Part shown: piece by piece, positions 41,449 to 52,201 of the stretch
How positions within the stretch are numbered: the stretch's first letter is position 1
Layout of the letters: every line of letters begins with the position of its first letter
NCBI GenBank assembly: GCA_018608045.1
Contig: JABBAI010000180.1
Coordinates: 15,295 to 79,294, forward strand
Source of the DNA: Octadecabacter sp.
Lineage (GTDB): Bacteria > Pseudomonadota > Alphaproteobacteria > Rhodobacterales > Rhodobacteraceae
DNA length: 64,000 nucleotides
Reading direction: 5' to 3'
Translations under genes and position numbers: made by a program
Notes under the pieces: model-generated
The model's database searches: none
What the model was told of the DNA's origin: nothing
Seen by the model: the letters and a program-made list of their open reading frames with translations, nothing else

Positions 41449-42962
41449 CCAAACGCCAAGGCCGCAAAGCACGCGGTGTTCAGGAAACGAAACGCAAGGT
41501 CGATTACCGTACCTTGCGCAACCCGTTTCCACCGCTCGATGCGTTTCCGCCTGATCGCATCGACGCGATACATGCTGCTGCTTTGGATGTCCTTGGCCGC
41601 CTTGGCATCAAAGTTCTGCTGCCAGAAGCGCGTGACCTGTTCGAAAGCGCTGGCGCGCAGGTCATCGACGAAATGGTCTACTTCCCCGCAGACCTCATTG
41701 AAGGCCACGTCGCACTTGCCCCGAAGTCCATCGTCATCAAAGGTGGCGTGGCCGAGCGCGACATCACCCTCGAACTTGGGTCACTGGTGTTTCAACCGGG
41801 CGCAGGGTGCCCGCATGCGACCGATCTCGAACGCGGACGCCGCGCTGGCACGCTAGAAGATTACCTTGAGCTCACCAAACTGACCCATCATTTCGATGCG
41901 CTGCAAATGTTGCCGCCTTTGGTTGAACCCCAAGACGTGCCCATGAACTTGCGACACTATGAAACTATGCGCGCACAGCTCACGTTATCTAACAAAGTGC
42001 CTTTTGTTTTCTCTCGTGGGACACCACAGGTCCAACAAAGCTTTGAAATGCTAAAGGCATTTCGCAATGTAACAGACACTGAATTCATGCAAAATCCGTA
42101 CTGCTATACAATCATCAATACCAATTCTCCGCGCCAGTTGGATATTCCCATGGCGCAAGGCATCATCGATTTCGCCCGCGCTGGGCAAGTGTCTATTATT
42201 ACGCCCTTTACGCTGATGGGGGCGATGGCGCCTGTCACGGTTGCGGGTGCATTGACCCTCAGCCACGCCGAGGCAATGGCGGCCATTACCCTTGGTCAGA
42301 TTGCAAATGCGGGCGCGCCGATGACCTACGGGACGTTCACCAGCAACGTGGATATGAAAACGGGCGCACCTGCGTTCGGAACGCCTGAACAAGTCAAAGC
42401 ATCTTTGGGCGCTGGCCAATTAGCACGCAAACTTGGATTGCCTTGGCGTTGCGCCGCGGGATCGGCGGCCAATATCAACGACGCACAGGCCGCCCACGAA
42501 ACCGAAATTTCTGGTTGGGGTGCGTTTTTGGCGGGTGCAACTGTCATCATTCACTCCGCCGGTTGGCTAGAAGGCGGCCTCACCCTGTCCTACGAGAAGC
42601 TCATAACTGATATGGACATGGTCCAGACCTTTGCTGAACTTTGCGTACCACCAGAAGCGGACGACGACGCAATCGCACTGTCTGCTTTGGCTGAGGTTGA
42701 ACCGGGTGGCCATTTCTTTGGCGCGATCCACACGATGGAGCGCTATCAAACGGCATTTTATGATCCTGTTGGTATGGATTGGTCCAACATCGGGACGTGG
42801 GAAGACCGCGGATCACAGGACGCCAACACGCGGGCCACGGCGATCTGGAAAGGGATCTTGCGTGATTTCGTGCCCCCTCCGATCGCTGTCGAAAAAATCG
42901 CCCAGCTAGACGCATACATCGCCCAGAAGACGTCTGAGGGAGGGGCACCGCCTGAAAGCTGA
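41445..42962 (+). CDS. Trimethylamine methyltransferase family protein (MttB-like, no pyrrolysine)
   Basis: INTNSPRQLD, TPFTLMGAMAPVT, SNVDMKTGAPAFGTPE, HSAGWLEGGL, GPGGHF-like EPGGHFF; no in-frame amber codon. Confidence 0.92.
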   Translation: MTKRQGRKARGVQETKRKVDYRTLRNPFPPLDAFPPDRIDAIHAAALDVLGRLGIKVLLPEARDLFESAGAQVIDEMVYFPADLIEGHVALAPKSIVIKGGVAERDITLELGSLVFQPGAGCPHATDLERGRRAGTLEDYLELTKLTHHFDALQMLPPLVEPQDVPMNLRHYETMRAQLTLSNKVPFVFSRGTPQVQQSFEMLKAFRNVTDTEFMQNPYCYTIINTNSPRQLDIPMAQGIIDFARAGQVSIITPFTLMGAMAPVTVAGALTLSHAEAMAAITLGQIANAGAPMTYGTFTSNVDMKTGAPAFGTPEQVKASLGAGQLARKLGLPWRCAAGSAANINDAQAAHETEISGWGAFLAGATVIIHSAGWLEGGLTLSYEKLITDMDMVQTFAELCVPPEADDDAIALSALAEVEPGGHFFGAIHTMERYQTAFYDPVGMDWSNIGTWEDRGSQDANTRATAIWKGILRDFVPPPIAVEKIAQLDAYIAQKTSEGGAPPES

Positions 42963-42994
42963 CCTCGCGCGGGAGTGAGGACGGTGTCACAATA

Positions 42995-43022
42995 CTGGAA
43001 ATCCCCACATTGAGGGCCATAT
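42995..43022 (+). promoter_or_regulatory. Putative RpoH-type promoter of msrBA
   Basis: CTGGAA-N16-CCATAT, resembling the alphaproteobacterial RpoH consensus CTTGAA-N16-CCTATAT. Confidence 0.4.
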
Positions 43023-43051
43023 ACTGTGTCTAATAACAAAGGGGATCACCC

Positions 43052-43498
43052 ATGACCAAGTATGAGAAAAATCCAGACGTCGTTGCGACCCTCACGCCAG
43101 AACAGTTTCACGTCACTCAAGAAAGCGGAACAGAACGCCCGTGGACGGGTGCCTATTTGGACAACAAAGAGGTCGGTATTTACGTCGATATCGTATCTGG
43201 TGAACCGCTTTTTGCATCATCCGACAAATACGAATCTGGTTGTGGTTGGCCCAGCTTTACCAAGGCCATTGAACCTGCCTATGTAAACGAACTGACGGAC
43301 AATACCCTTAGCATGACCCGTACTGAGGTCAGGTCCACCCACGGTGATAGTCATTTGGGGCACGTTTTTCCGGATGGTCCTGCGGATCGCGGTGGATTGC
43401 GATATTGCATCAACGGCGCATCGCTGCGTTTCATTGCCAAGGACGACATGGCCGACGAAGGCTATGGCGACTACATCAACCAAGTGGAGGACGTATAA
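43052..43498 (+). CDS. msrB: Peptide-methionine (R)-S-oxide reductase
   Basis: [41 protein letters not shown]. Confidence 0.96.
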   Translation: MTKYEKNPDVVATLTPEQFHVTQESGTERPWTGAYLDNKEVGIYVDIVSGEPLFASSDKYESGCGWPSFTKAIEPAYVNELTDNTLSMTRTEVRSTHGDSHLGHVFPDGPADRGGLRYCINGASLRFIAKDDMADEGYGDYINQVEDV

Positions 43499-44004
43499 TG
43501 ACCGAACGCGCAGTTTTAGCCGGTGGCTGTTTTTGGGGCATGGAAGATTTGATCCGCAAGTTGCCCGGCGTTGTGTCCACGCGAGTTGGGTACACGGGCG
43601 GCGATGTTGCGAATGCGACATACCGCAATCACGGCACCCACGCCGAGGGGATCGAAATCATGTTCGATCCAACGCAAATCACATATCGACGCATTCTCGA
43701 ATTTTTCTTTCAGATCCACGATCCGACCACGGCAAACCGCCAAGGCAACGATCGCGGCATGTCATACCGCTCTGCGATTTACTATGTCGATGAGGATCAA
43801 AAAGCAGTCGCGATCGACACGATCAAGGACGTCGATGCATCCGGTCTTTGGCCTGGAAACGTGGTGACGGAAGTCGACCCTGTGTCCGAGTTCTGGGTGG
43901 CCGAGCCCGAACATCAGGACTATCTGGAACGCATTCCAAACGGATACACCTGCCACTTCATTCGCCCGGATTGGGTCCTGCCCCGTCGCGAAGCGGCCGA
44001 GTAA
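43498..44004 (+). CDS. msrA: Peptide-methionine (S)-S-oxide reductase
   Basis: [44 protein letters not shown]; TAATG coupling to msrB. Confidence 0.96.
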   Translation: MTERAVLAGGCFWGMEDLIRKLPGVVSTRVGYTGGDVANATYRNHGTHAEGIEIMFDPTQITYRRILEFFFQIHDPTTANRQGNDRGMSYRSAIYYVDEDQKAVAIDTIKDVDASGLWPGNVVTEVDPVSEFWVAEPEHQDYLERIPNGYTCHFIRPDWVLPRREAAE

Positions 44005-46005
44005 TTAATTGGTGATGCGTGGTCGCCCACGGGCGGTAATACGCATCGTCGCCTCGATAAACATTGTCTGAGCCTCGATCTGAGCCTCGCGAAGATCGAG
44101 GCTTTCGCTTATCCGCACCTCATCTACACCGGATGACACCGCCTTGGCCGTCGCCTGGTCTATCAGAATCAATCGCAACGCGCCCAGTGCATCGTCCTTA
44201 GTTGAAAACTGTGTCGGGCCATCCGGCATATGAGCGACAAATGCGCCTTCGCCGCCAGCTGTGACAGTTCCTTCGGCATGGATTGACACCTGCCCCACCA
44301 CCGCACCAATCGCATTTGCGACACCCCCATCATCAGGCAGGATCGTGGCACAACCAAGTGACTGGCCCACAGCACCATAATAACTTTGGGCAGACGCCCC
44401 AAGACCAATAACAGGCAATGCCAGTCCCGCGCTGACCCTCACAACATTTGAATGGTTCTGACGACCTGCGTTCGTTAGCCTATGACGCGCCAGAAGGTCG
44501 GGGTTATCCCACCCCTCTTCAGAAAAAGCAGTCTCTAACAAAGCCCAAGACGTCTGTTCGGTCAGCTGGTCAATAATTCGCTGCGCAATGACATCTGGCC
44601 CTGCCGCAATACGATCACCACTTCCGACGCGCCGTCGGGCGAACAGCGTCAGCGCCTTTTTAGCCGCTTCAACATCCCAATCTGCCATGCGGTCCAGCGC
44701 ATGGCTCGCGTCAGACGGAGTAACGCCACAAGCCAGCACAAGCCCCCGTTTAACAAGTCGTCCAAGCGCAGGTTCCTCAATACGGGTTTGCACAGCATCC
44801 GACCACTTCAAGGGACCATCCAACAATCGCGCTGCAACCGTCGTTTCGCGCGGGTCCAGCCCATCAGGCAAGCTGATAAATTGCGCGAGGACGAACTGCG
44901 TGGATTCCTGTGCGGGGCTTTCCTGTGCCGAGGCCCGATCTAGGGCATGATGAACCAATTCAGGGTAACTTTGTGCCAGTAAAGACACTGGCATCACCCT
45001 TTTCGGGCCAAGAACGATACCGCCTTCAAGCCCTTCGGTGATACGAACTTCGCTATCCCCCCCCAAACCGAATGTTCGCATCGCTACGGCCTCAACCATC
45101 GTGCGGTATTTGCCGACCTTCGCCCCTTGGGTGTCAATTTTAGGCAATCCATTCTTAAGGAGGCAAACATCCGTGGTCGTACCGCCAATATCGCTCACGA
45201 TCGCGTTCTGCTCCCCTGTTAACCATTGGGCGCCGGCAATACTGGCAGCGGGGCCGCTCAGGATCGTTTCAATCGGCCGCTCCCGCGCGAGTTTGGCAGA
45301 GATCAACGCGCCATCGCCGCGCACAACCATCAACCGCGCATAAATACCACAGGTGATCATGTGCGTTTCGGTTGCTGCGATCAGCCGGTCAATCAACCCA
45401 ATTAGGCGCGCGTTCAACAGAGCGGTGAGTGCTCGTTTCGGACCACCCAAGGACTGGCTCAGTTCATGGGAGCACGTAACAGGCAAATCAAGCCGATCCC
45501 GGATCAAATCACGTACCAAAAATTCATGCGCAGGGTTGCGTGTGGCAAAGCGCCCCGCAATCGCCAAACCTGTCATTCCAGCAGGAAGAGAGTCTAATTT
45601 TTCTAAAATGTCGTCCGAATTCAGTGGCACAACTTCGGCGCCAGAATGCCCATGGCCACCCTTGATGAACAAAACAGGATCGGAACCCAAAGCGTCGGAC
45701 AAATCGGCCTTTTCAAGTTCCGCTTCTTCAAACCCGATGAGAATAAGCGCGACGCGTCCGCCCTGCCCTTCGACGAGCGCGTTGGTCGCAAGCGTCGTAG
45801 ACAACGACACCATCGCGATGTTGGATCCGTCAAGACCGCTCTCGTCCAGAACCGCATCAATTGCGGCCCCGATACCAAGCGACAGATCGGGTCGCGTCGT
45901 TAGCGCTTTGGCCTTTGCAATGACCCGATCGGTGTCGTCATCCAACAGTACGGCATCGGTGTAGGTGCCGCCCGTATCAATGCCCAATAATATTGCCATT
46001 TCCAT
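44005..46005 (-). CDS. Hydantoinase/oxoprolinase family protein (A-subunit-like)
   Basis: GIDTGGTYTDAV, STTLATNAL, ETILSGPAAS, DIGGTTTD, GLGGDSEV, VANAIGA. Confidence 0.9.
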   Translation of the reverse strand: MEMAILLGIDTGGTYTDAVLLDDDTDRVIAKAKALTTRPDLSLGIGAAIDAVLDESGLDGSNIAMVSLSTTLATNALVEGQGGRVALILIGFEEAELEKADLSDALGSDPVLFIKGGHGHSGAEVVPLNSDDILEKLDSLPAGMTGLAIAGRFATRNPAHEFLVRDLIRDRLDLPVTCSHELSQSLGGPKRALTALLNARLIGLIDRLIAATETHMITCGIYARLMVVRGDGALISAKLARERPIETILSGPAASIAGAQWLTGEQNAIVSDIGGTTTDVCLLKNGLPKIDTQGAKVGKYRTMVEAVAMRTFGLGGDSEVRITEGLEGGIVLGPKRVMPVSLLAQSYPELVHHALDRASAQESPAQESTQFVLAQFISLPDGLDPRETTVAARLLDGPLKWSDAVQTRIEEPALGRLVKRGLVLACGVTPSDASHALDRMADWDVEAAKKALTLFARRRVGSGDRIAAGPDVIAQRIIDQLTEQTSWALLETAFSEEGWDNPDLLARHRLTNAGRQNHSNVVRVSAGLALPVIGLGASAQSYYGAVGQSLGCATILPDDGGVANAIGAVVGQVSIHAEGTVTAGGEGAFVAHMPDGPTQFSTKDDALGALRLILIDQATAKAVSSGVDEVRISESLDLREAQIEAQTMFIEATMRITARGRPRITN

Positions 46006-46088
46006 CCCTTGGTCTTTGATATGACGCTATCGAAAGTTTGGCCGTGATCTATCCAGAAGGCGACATAAAAACCACCGATCAGCGGCGC

Positions 46089-46736
46089 TTAACCTTTGGA
46101 AAGGCTTTCCAATTCAATAATCTTGCCACCTGCTGCTTTGGCATCTTCCGCGTCGTGCGTGACCATCAAAACGGGCAATTCGCGTTCCTTGGCGACACGG
46201 AAAACAAGATCACGGACCTGGGCGCGAAGTTCAGCATCAAGACGTGAAAACGCTTCGTCCAACAACAAGGCGTTTGGATCCGACAACAACATACGCACCA
46301 AAGCCACACGTGCCTTTTGCCCACCGGACAATGTTGCCGGATCACGATCTGAATACCCGCCCAAACCGACATCAACCAATGCCGCATCAATTGTGCCGCC
46401 CCGCGATGACATTGATCCGCCCGCAGGTATTCCGAAGGCGAGGTTGGCCCCCACGCTCATGTGCGGGAAAAGCAAATCATCTTGAAACAGGATACCGATG
46501 CGCCGCTTGTGCGGCGGGCGCATCGTGATATCTTCGCCGTTCAAGATGACAGTGCCCATGCCACGGAAAACCGAAGGCAACGTTCCCGTTATGAATGCCA
46601 GCAAGGTCGATTTACCTACGCCTGAAGGCCCCATAACGGTCAGAACCTCGCCCGGCTTGATATCGTAGTCGACCTCAATTAGCGGCAATTCGTCCCGTAA
46701 AATGCACAAATCGCGCAGTATTAGACCCTTATTCAT
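46089..46736 (-). CDS. ABC transporter ATP-binding protein (YnjD-like)
   Basis: GPSGVGKS, LFQDDLLFPHMSV, LSGGQKARVAL, LLDEAFSRLD. Confidence 0.9.
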   Translation of the reverse strand: MNKGLILRDLCILRDELPLIEVDYDIKPGEVLTVMGPSGVGKSTLLAFITGTLPSVFRGMGTVILNGEDITMRPPHKRRIGILFQDDLLFPHMSVGANLAFGIPAGGSMSSRGGTIDAALVDVGLGGYSDRDPATLSGGQKARVALVRMLLSDPNALLLDEAFSRLDAELRAQVRDLVFRVAKERELPVLMVTHDAEDAKAAGGKIIELESLSKG

Positions 46737-48405
46737 GCAGACCTCTCCGATTACGCCACAACAATGTGGGGATAAGAAGCGCTAAAGTGAAGGGCACCAG
46801 CGCGGCGAACGTTTGCATCAGACCATAGACACCAATTGCGCGGCGGTCCCCACCTGATGCAAGGGCCATCGCCTCTGTAGTGAGGGTGGAAACACGCCCT
46901 CCTCCGATCAGCAAAGTCGCAAGGTATTGTCCCACAGAAACGGCGATACCAACAGCAACAGACGTGAGGATGGGGCGCGTTAACATCGGCAAACGCACCT
47001 GCCAGAATATACGGTTCGGGGATGCGCCCAGCGCGTTGGCAACAGTCGCAAGGCGCACGTCCCATGATCGCCACGGATCACCCAGCGACAAAAAGACATA
47101 GGGCAAAACAAACACCAGATGGGCGAAGATCACGGGCAATCGACCAATGTCCGCGCCGACGTTCAGTAACAATGTCTGTAGCCCTGGCAAAAATGCGGTC
47201 TGTGGCACGAGCAGCGGTAGATACATCAACCACAAGCCACGCCGTGACAGGCTTCGCCCGCTTCTGTGTTCGGCTTCGAGGCACCCTAATACCAGAGCAA
47301 GCGCGAGGCCAACTACAATTCCTGCCACCAAAAACGTTTCCCCCAATGTCGCAAGTGCGTTGGGGCCATGGCGATCCCAAGACCGAAGCGTGAAGGTGTC
47401 CGGCCAGACATTCGGAAAGCTCCAGAACCCTGCGAACGACCAAACGATGAGCCCGAATATGCCAAACAGGACCGCGCCCGCAGACAGCGCGCCGAGACCG
47501 AGGGACACGATGCATATCGGCGCGTCAAACTGGCCACGCCGACCTGACGCAATCCAATGGCGTCCCCAGCGGCCTACCAATCGTTCCCCAAGCCACCAAA
47601 GCCCCAGCGCGAACACGACCAATGCCAATTGCCATAATGCGGCCGCTGCTCCGGTCAGGCGCATGGAAAGGTCAGGGTCGCTCATCCATTTGACGATCTG
47701 CACGGACAAGGTCGGGGGTGTGGATGGGCCTAGGATGACAGCGACGTCTACCACGCTCATGGAATAAGCGAGGACAACGTAAATAGGCAGTCTGATTTGG
47801 GAATACACTCGTGGGAATACTGTCTTGAGCCATCCAGATAACCGCCCATATCCCAAGGCTTGCGCGACACGTAGTGAACGCCGCGGTTGGGCCTGCCCCA
47901 TAGCCGCGATTGTCATCAACAGCAGGAACGGTACTTCTTTGATCACCAGCCCCGCGATCATCGCAAGGCCGAGGGGGTCTTGCAGGATCAACACATCTGG
48001 CGGGCGGTCCCATCTCGTGAGGGTGGGTGATATCAGGCGCGCGATCCAGCCTGATGGCATAATCAGAAACGCCAGCCCAAAAGCCGCTGCCGCGTGGGGA
48101 ACCGACAAAAGTGGAGACAGCAGCCGTTCGAGCACTCGAAAAGATCGAGTGCCCGACCAACCGGCTGTGATGAACGCCACAATGATCAACGACAGCAACG
48201 TGGCGATCAATCCTGTGATCAGCGACAGACGTGACGCTGCACCCAAGCCCTGCCAGTCAAATAACATACGAAACGGGTCAAGCGTTGGGCCAGACAAACC
48301 CGCCGCCGGCAAATGCCCGAATGCCGGAAGCACCGTCCCCCACAGGCCCGCGATCACGGGGCCTAACATCACCAACAAAGTCAGCGCTGGTAGGAGACGG
48401 AGCAT
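46729..48405 (-). CDS. ABC transporter permease with two TM domains (YnjC-like)
   Basis: LLSVPHAAAAFG, KEVPFLL, SVVDVAVILGPSTPPTL, HLVFVLPY, QYLATL. Confidence 0.88.
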   Translation of the reverse strand: MLRLLPALTLLVMLGPVIAGLWGTVLPAFGHLPAAGLSGPTLDPFRMLFDWQGLGAASRLSLITGLIATLLSLIIVAFITAGWSGTRSFRVLERLLSPLLSVPHAAAAFGLAFLIMPSGWIARLISPTLTRWDRPPDVLILQDPLGLAMIAGLVIKEVPFLLLMTIAAMGQAQPRRSLRVAQALGYGRLSGWLKTVFPRVYSQIRLPIYVVLAYSMSVVDVAVILGPSTPPTLSVQIVKWMSDPDLSMRLTGAAAALWQLALVVFALGLWWLGERLVGRWGRHWIASGRRGQFDAPICIVSLGLGALSAGAVLFGIFGLIVWSFAGFWSFPNVWPDTFTLRSWDRHGPNALATLGETFLVAGIVVGLALALVLGCLEAEHRSGRSLSRRGLWLMYLPLLVPQTAFLPGLQTLLLNVGADIGRLPVIFAHLVFVLPYVFLSLGDPWRSWDVRLATVANALGASPNRIFWQVRLPMLTRPILTSVAVGIAVSVGQYLATLLIGGGRVSTLTTEAMALASGGDRRAIGVYGLMQTFAALVPFTLALLIPTLLWRNRRGLHE

Positions 48406-48425
48406 CCTAACGTATCAAACTACAC

Positions 48426-49622
48426 TTACTGACCAGTGCCGTAACGGTCGGCCCAATCATCGGCGATCTGCGTCATCCAAGTTGGATGCGGTTCCGCTTG
48501 AACAGAGCCGAGTTCAGCAGGTGACAGTGTCGCGATGCCCAGATCAAGTGCATCAAAAACACCGCGCTGATCGTCTGTCAAAGCATCCATGTTCAACACC
48601 GTGCCATAGCCGAGGATATTTGGATTCTGCGCGCGAGCCTGTGCCTCTGGTGACATCAAGAAGTTTGCGACAACCATCGACCCTGCAGCGGAACCAGAAT
48701 TGTACGGAATGGCGACAAAGGACGCGTTTCCAATGGTGCCATTTTCCAACACGAATGTACGCACAGTATCGGGCAGTTCAAAGTTCGCGATCGCAGCTGT
48801 CGCCTCACCAGGGCTAAAAGAAATCGCCAAATCGACCTCTCCGTCCGCGATCAGTTGAAGCTGGGCGGGACCAGTCGCAGGGTATGCACGGCCTTCACGC
48901 CAGAGCGTCGGGGTCAGCGCATCAAGATAGCCCCATAACGGGGCTGTAACGTCGGCGTATGTTGCATCCGTTGCTGCCTCTTGCAGAACGCTCGGGTCAT
49001 CTAGCAAATCAACAAGCGCCTGTTTCAGGAAGGTCGTACCGAGGAAATCGGGTGGCTGTGGATACGTAAACCTACCAGGATTCGCTATGGACCATTCAAG
49101 GATCGCAGCCATGCTGCCCTGTGGTTCCATGTCGGCTGTGTCATACATAAACACGACCTGCGCCATGGCCCAAGGCGCCTCATACCCCTCAACGGGTACC
49201 GTGAAATCGGTTTGAACAGTTTTGGCTTCGCTGTCGACAACAGCCCAGTTCGGCAGTTGTTCCGCAAATGGGCCAAACAGCAGGTCAGCATCTTTCATCG
49301 CAGCAAAGTTCGACCCGTTGATCCAGATCATGTCGATGGCGCCGTCATCATCTTCGCCGGCTTGCTTTTCACTCAGAACTCGGGTGACAGCATCTGCCGT
49401 ATCCGTCAGCTTTACGTGTTCAAGGGTGACGCCGTAGTCTTCCATCACGCGATCACCGACCCATGCGATGAAATCGTTGGTAGTGGTCGATCCACCCCAA
49501 GCGTTCCAATAGACAGTTTGGCCATTGGCCTCGGATGTGACGGCGTCCCAGTCGGATGGATCAGGGTTCGCCAAAACGAATGTCGGTGCGGCCAAAGCAG
49601 CAATCAATGCAAGGTATTTCAT
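48426..49622 (-). CDS. ABC transporter substrate-binding protein (YnjB-like)
   Basis: Signal peptide; GQTVYWNAWGG, IWINGSNF, NPGRFTYPQPPDFLGTTFLKQ, GTIGNASFVAIPYN. Confidence 0.88.
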   Translation of the reverse strand: MKYLALIAALAAPTFVLANPDPSDWDAVTSEANGQTVYWNAWGGSTTTNDFIAWVGDRVMEDYGVTLEHVKLTDTADAVTRVLSEKQAGEDDDGAIDMIWINGSNFAAMKDADLLFGPFAEQLPNWAVVDSEAKTVQTDFTVPVEGYEAPWAMAQVVFMYDTADMEPQGSMAAILEWSIANPGRFTYPQPPDFLGTTFLKQALVDLLDDPSVLQEAATDATYADVTAPLWGYLDALTPTLWREGRAYPATGPAQLQLIADGEVDLAISFSPGEATAAIANFELPDTVRTFVLENGTIGNASFVAIPYNSGSAAGSMVVANFLMSPEAQARAQNPNILGYGTVLNMDALTDDQRGVFDALDLGIATLSPAELGSVQAEPHPTWMTQIADDWADRYGTGQ

Positions 49623-50239
49623 CAGTCTTCCTTCATAGTAAAAACGCGCCTTGCGGCAAAGAGGCGGAGCGTTGCAGTTGCAAAGCACAATGCACCGAAG
49701 ATCCAGGCCAACGTCGCGAACGACGGGGCAAACAGGCATAACAGCACGAAAAACACGATCGTTTCCGTACCTTCCAGTAACCCGTTCGAAAAATACAGGG
49801 ATTTGACCCCTTGGGCAGAGGTTTCCATATCGCGCTTTTCAGCAAGAATGGCATAGCCAAGAAAGCTGGTTCCATTGAAATAAAAGCTCGTTAACAAGAA
49901 CGCGCCAGCAACAGCATTGGCCGCAGGGTCCATGACAACAAAAGCGAACGGGATCGCGCCGTAAAACAAGAAATCGCACGCGATATCCAAGTAGCCGCCG
50001 AAATCAGTTCTTCGCGTCGCCCGTGCGACAGCCCCGTCTAGCCCGTCTGCGATGCGCGATGCGAGCAGCGGAACCAACGCCAGTACAGGCCAACCCACAG
50101 CGATAAGAAGGGCCGCGAACAATCCCAGCCCCAAGCCCGCCAGCGTCATACCGTCAGCAGTCACACCACGCCCAGCCAAATTTTGGCCAAGCGCATTCAA
50201 CGGCGGGTCAATAATTTTACGGGCGGCAGCGTCCAGCAT
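49622..50239 (-). CDS. CDP-alcohol phosphatidyltransferase family protein (YnjF-like)
   Basis: DGLDGAVAR...FGGYLDIACD signature, GLLEGTETI; stop overlaps the start of the binding-protein gene. Confidence 0.9.
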   Translation of the reverse strand: MLDAAARKIIDPPLNALGQNLAGRGVTADGMTLAGLGLGLFAALLIAVGWPVLALVPLLASRIADGLDGAVARATRRTDFGGYLDIACDFLFYGAIPFAFVVMDPAANAVAGAFLLTSFYFNGTSFLGYAILAEKRDMETSAQGVKSLYFSNGLLEGTETIVFFVLLCLFAPSFATLAWIFGALCFATATLRLFAARRVFTMKED

Positions 50240-50329
50240 AGGACCTCTCGTGTCAGGTACCGGACTTGTGACCTAAGCGCCGTTCACGCGCAATCGCACT
50301 GACACGAATGTGACTTATAGCTTCAAACG

Positions 50330-50358
50330 AAAAAGGGCCACGCAATCTGCGCGGCCCC
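50330..50358 (-). terminator. Intrinsic terminator after cycA (edge of photosynthesis cluster)
   Basis: Minus strand GGGGCCGCGCA-GAT-TGCGTGGCCCTTTTT. Confidence 0.75.
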
Positions 50359-50417
50359 TCATCATGTGATTAAAGCAACCCTTAGTTGGATTCTGCTTCA
50401 GCCTCAGCTTCACCAGC

Positions 50418-50858
50418 TTATTCGGCGCCGAATGTCGCGAGGTATGCATAGATGTTGATGGCTTCTTCTTGGTCACGGACGCGGTAGGCCATTTTGCCAC
50501 GAGCGCGGTTGTTGTCGAGCGTCTCACGCAACCAACCCGTTGGGTCTTGTACGTAACCGACGAAAGATTCTTCGGTCCAGACCGTGCCCGCTTCTCCAAG
50601 CTCAAGGACTGAGTCACCATAACGGAAGTCTTCGATCGCACCGATCTGACGACCTGCGATTGCATACAGGTTGGGACCTGTACGGGCGTTGCGGCCCGCA
50701 AGGACTTCGCCATCAGCGTCAGCCACAATGTGACATGCAACGCACTGGCGGTTGAATTGCTCTTCTCCAGCTGCCGCATCACCAGATGCAGCGTGGCCGC
50801 CGGCAAATGCAGGTGCGGCCAGAAGTGCGGCAGCTGCGGCATAGATAAACTTGGTCAT
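50418..50858 (-). CDS. cycA: Cytochrome c2
   Basis: Signal peptide, GDAAAGE, CVACH heme motif, TGPNLY, axial Met in RGKMAY; follows hemA in the cluster. Confidence 0.88.
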   Translation of the reverse strand: MTKFIYAAAAALLAAPAFAGGHAASGDAAAGEEQFNRQCVACHIVADADGEVLAGRNARTGPNLYAIAGRQIGAIEDFRYGDSVLELGEAGTVWTEESFVGYVQDPTGWLRETLDNNRARGKMAYRVRDQEEAINIYAYLATFGAE

Positions 50859-50986
50859 AAGTGTTCTCCCTGAAACTTAATCTTGGCGTCGTGTCGTGCG
50901 CGGTACAATACCGCTTCAAATAGGAAAATAGCCTAATGGTCATCGCCGTCCAGCAGAAATAACAAATTGGTGCCTGTTATGCGATA

Positions 50987-52201
50987 TCAAGCCACCGCAT
51001 GTGCGATAGCACACTGTTTCCAAAGAGAAGTTAACGCGTTGATCAAGTGATCGATGTCAGCGTCTGTATGCAGCGGTGACGGTGTAAACCGCAACCTTTC
51101 GGTCCCTTTCGGCACAGTCGGATAGTTGATTGGCTGCACGTAAATGCCCCATTCATCCATTAAATGGTCCGCCAGCATTTTGGTTTTAACCGGATCACCA
51201 ATCATCACCGGGACGATATGGCTGTTATTATCCATGTGCGGGATACCCTGCGCATCAAGCATTTTACGGAGGCGCGCCACTTGGCGGCGCTGGCCTGCAC
51301 GTTCCATCTCGCTTTCTTTAAGATGCGCGATAGATGTGCGCGCAGCGACGGCCACTGCGGGCGGCAAGGCTGTGGTAAAGATGAACCCAGACGCAAAACT
51401 ACGGATAAAGTCACAAAGCGCGGCAGATCCCGTGATGTATCCACCAACACAACCGAATGCTTTGCCCAACGTGCCTTCGATCAGGGTGATGCGGTCCGCA
51501 AGCCCTAGCTCTTCGGAAACACCACCGCCTCGTTTGCCATACATGCCAACGGCGTGGACCTCATCAATGTAGGTCATGGCACCGTATTTTTCGACGACAT
51601 CAAGGATCGCCTCAATCGGGGCGATGTCACCGTCCATAGAATAAACGGATTCAAACGCAACGATCTTGGGGTAATGCGCCGGAATCGCACGCAGCTTCAT
51701 TTCAAGGTCTTCGACGTCATTATGTTTCCACAAAACTTTGTGGGCGCGTGAATGACGGATGCCTTCGATCATAGATGCGTGATTGCCAGCGTCGGACAGA
51801 ATGACACAATTCTCAAGACGACTGCCAAGCGTCGAGAGGGAGGCCCAGTTGGATACGTATCCAGATGTAAAGATCAACGCCGATTCCTTGCCGTGCAAAT
51901 CTGCCAACTCGCGTTCAAGCAAAAGGTGATCGTGATTTGTGCCGCTGATGTTGCGCGTGCCGCCTGCGCCCGTACCAGTACGCTGAACACCTTCAATCAT
52001 CGCATCGATGACTTTGGGGTGCTGACCCATGCCAAGATAGTCGTTGGAACACCAAACCGTTACATCGCGCACTCCGTCTTCCGCGTGGCTTGCCGCGCGG
52101 GGAAATTTTCCGGCCTTACGCTCTAACTCAGCGAAATACCGGTAGTTTCCATCATTCTTGAGCGAATCGAGTTGTTCGTTAAACAGCGCGTCAAAGTCCA
52201 T
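50987..52201 (-). CDS. hemA: 5-aminolevulinate synthase
   Basis: [58 protein letters not shown]. Confidence 0.96.
   Translation of the reverse strand: MDFDALFNEQLDSLKNDGNYRYFAELERKAGKFPRAASHAEDGVRDVTVWCSNDYLGMGQHPKVIDAMIEGVQRTGTGAGGTRNISGTNHDHLLLERELADLHGKESALIFTSGYVSNWASLSTLGSRLENCVILSDAGNHASMIEGIRHSRAHKVLWKHNDVEDLEMKLRAIPAHYPKIVAFESVYSMDGDIAPIEAILDVVEKYGAMTYIDEVHAVGMYGKRGGGVSEELGLADRITLIEGTLGKAFGCVGGYITGSAALCDFIRSFASGFIFTTALPPAVAVAARTSIAHLKESEMERAGQRRQVARLRKMLDAQGIPHMDNNSHIVPVMIGDPVKTKMLADHLMDEWGIYVQPINYPTVPKGTERLRFTPSPLHTDADIDHLINALTSLWKQCAIAHAVA

Noticed and set aside
41445-42962. Pyrrolysine-containing methyltransferase
   Set aside because: The ORF is uninterrupted, with no in-frame TAG and no pyl genes in the window.
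50859-50986. PpsR site upstream of cycA
   Set aside because: The best match is TGT-N10-ACA rather than TGT-N12-ACA.
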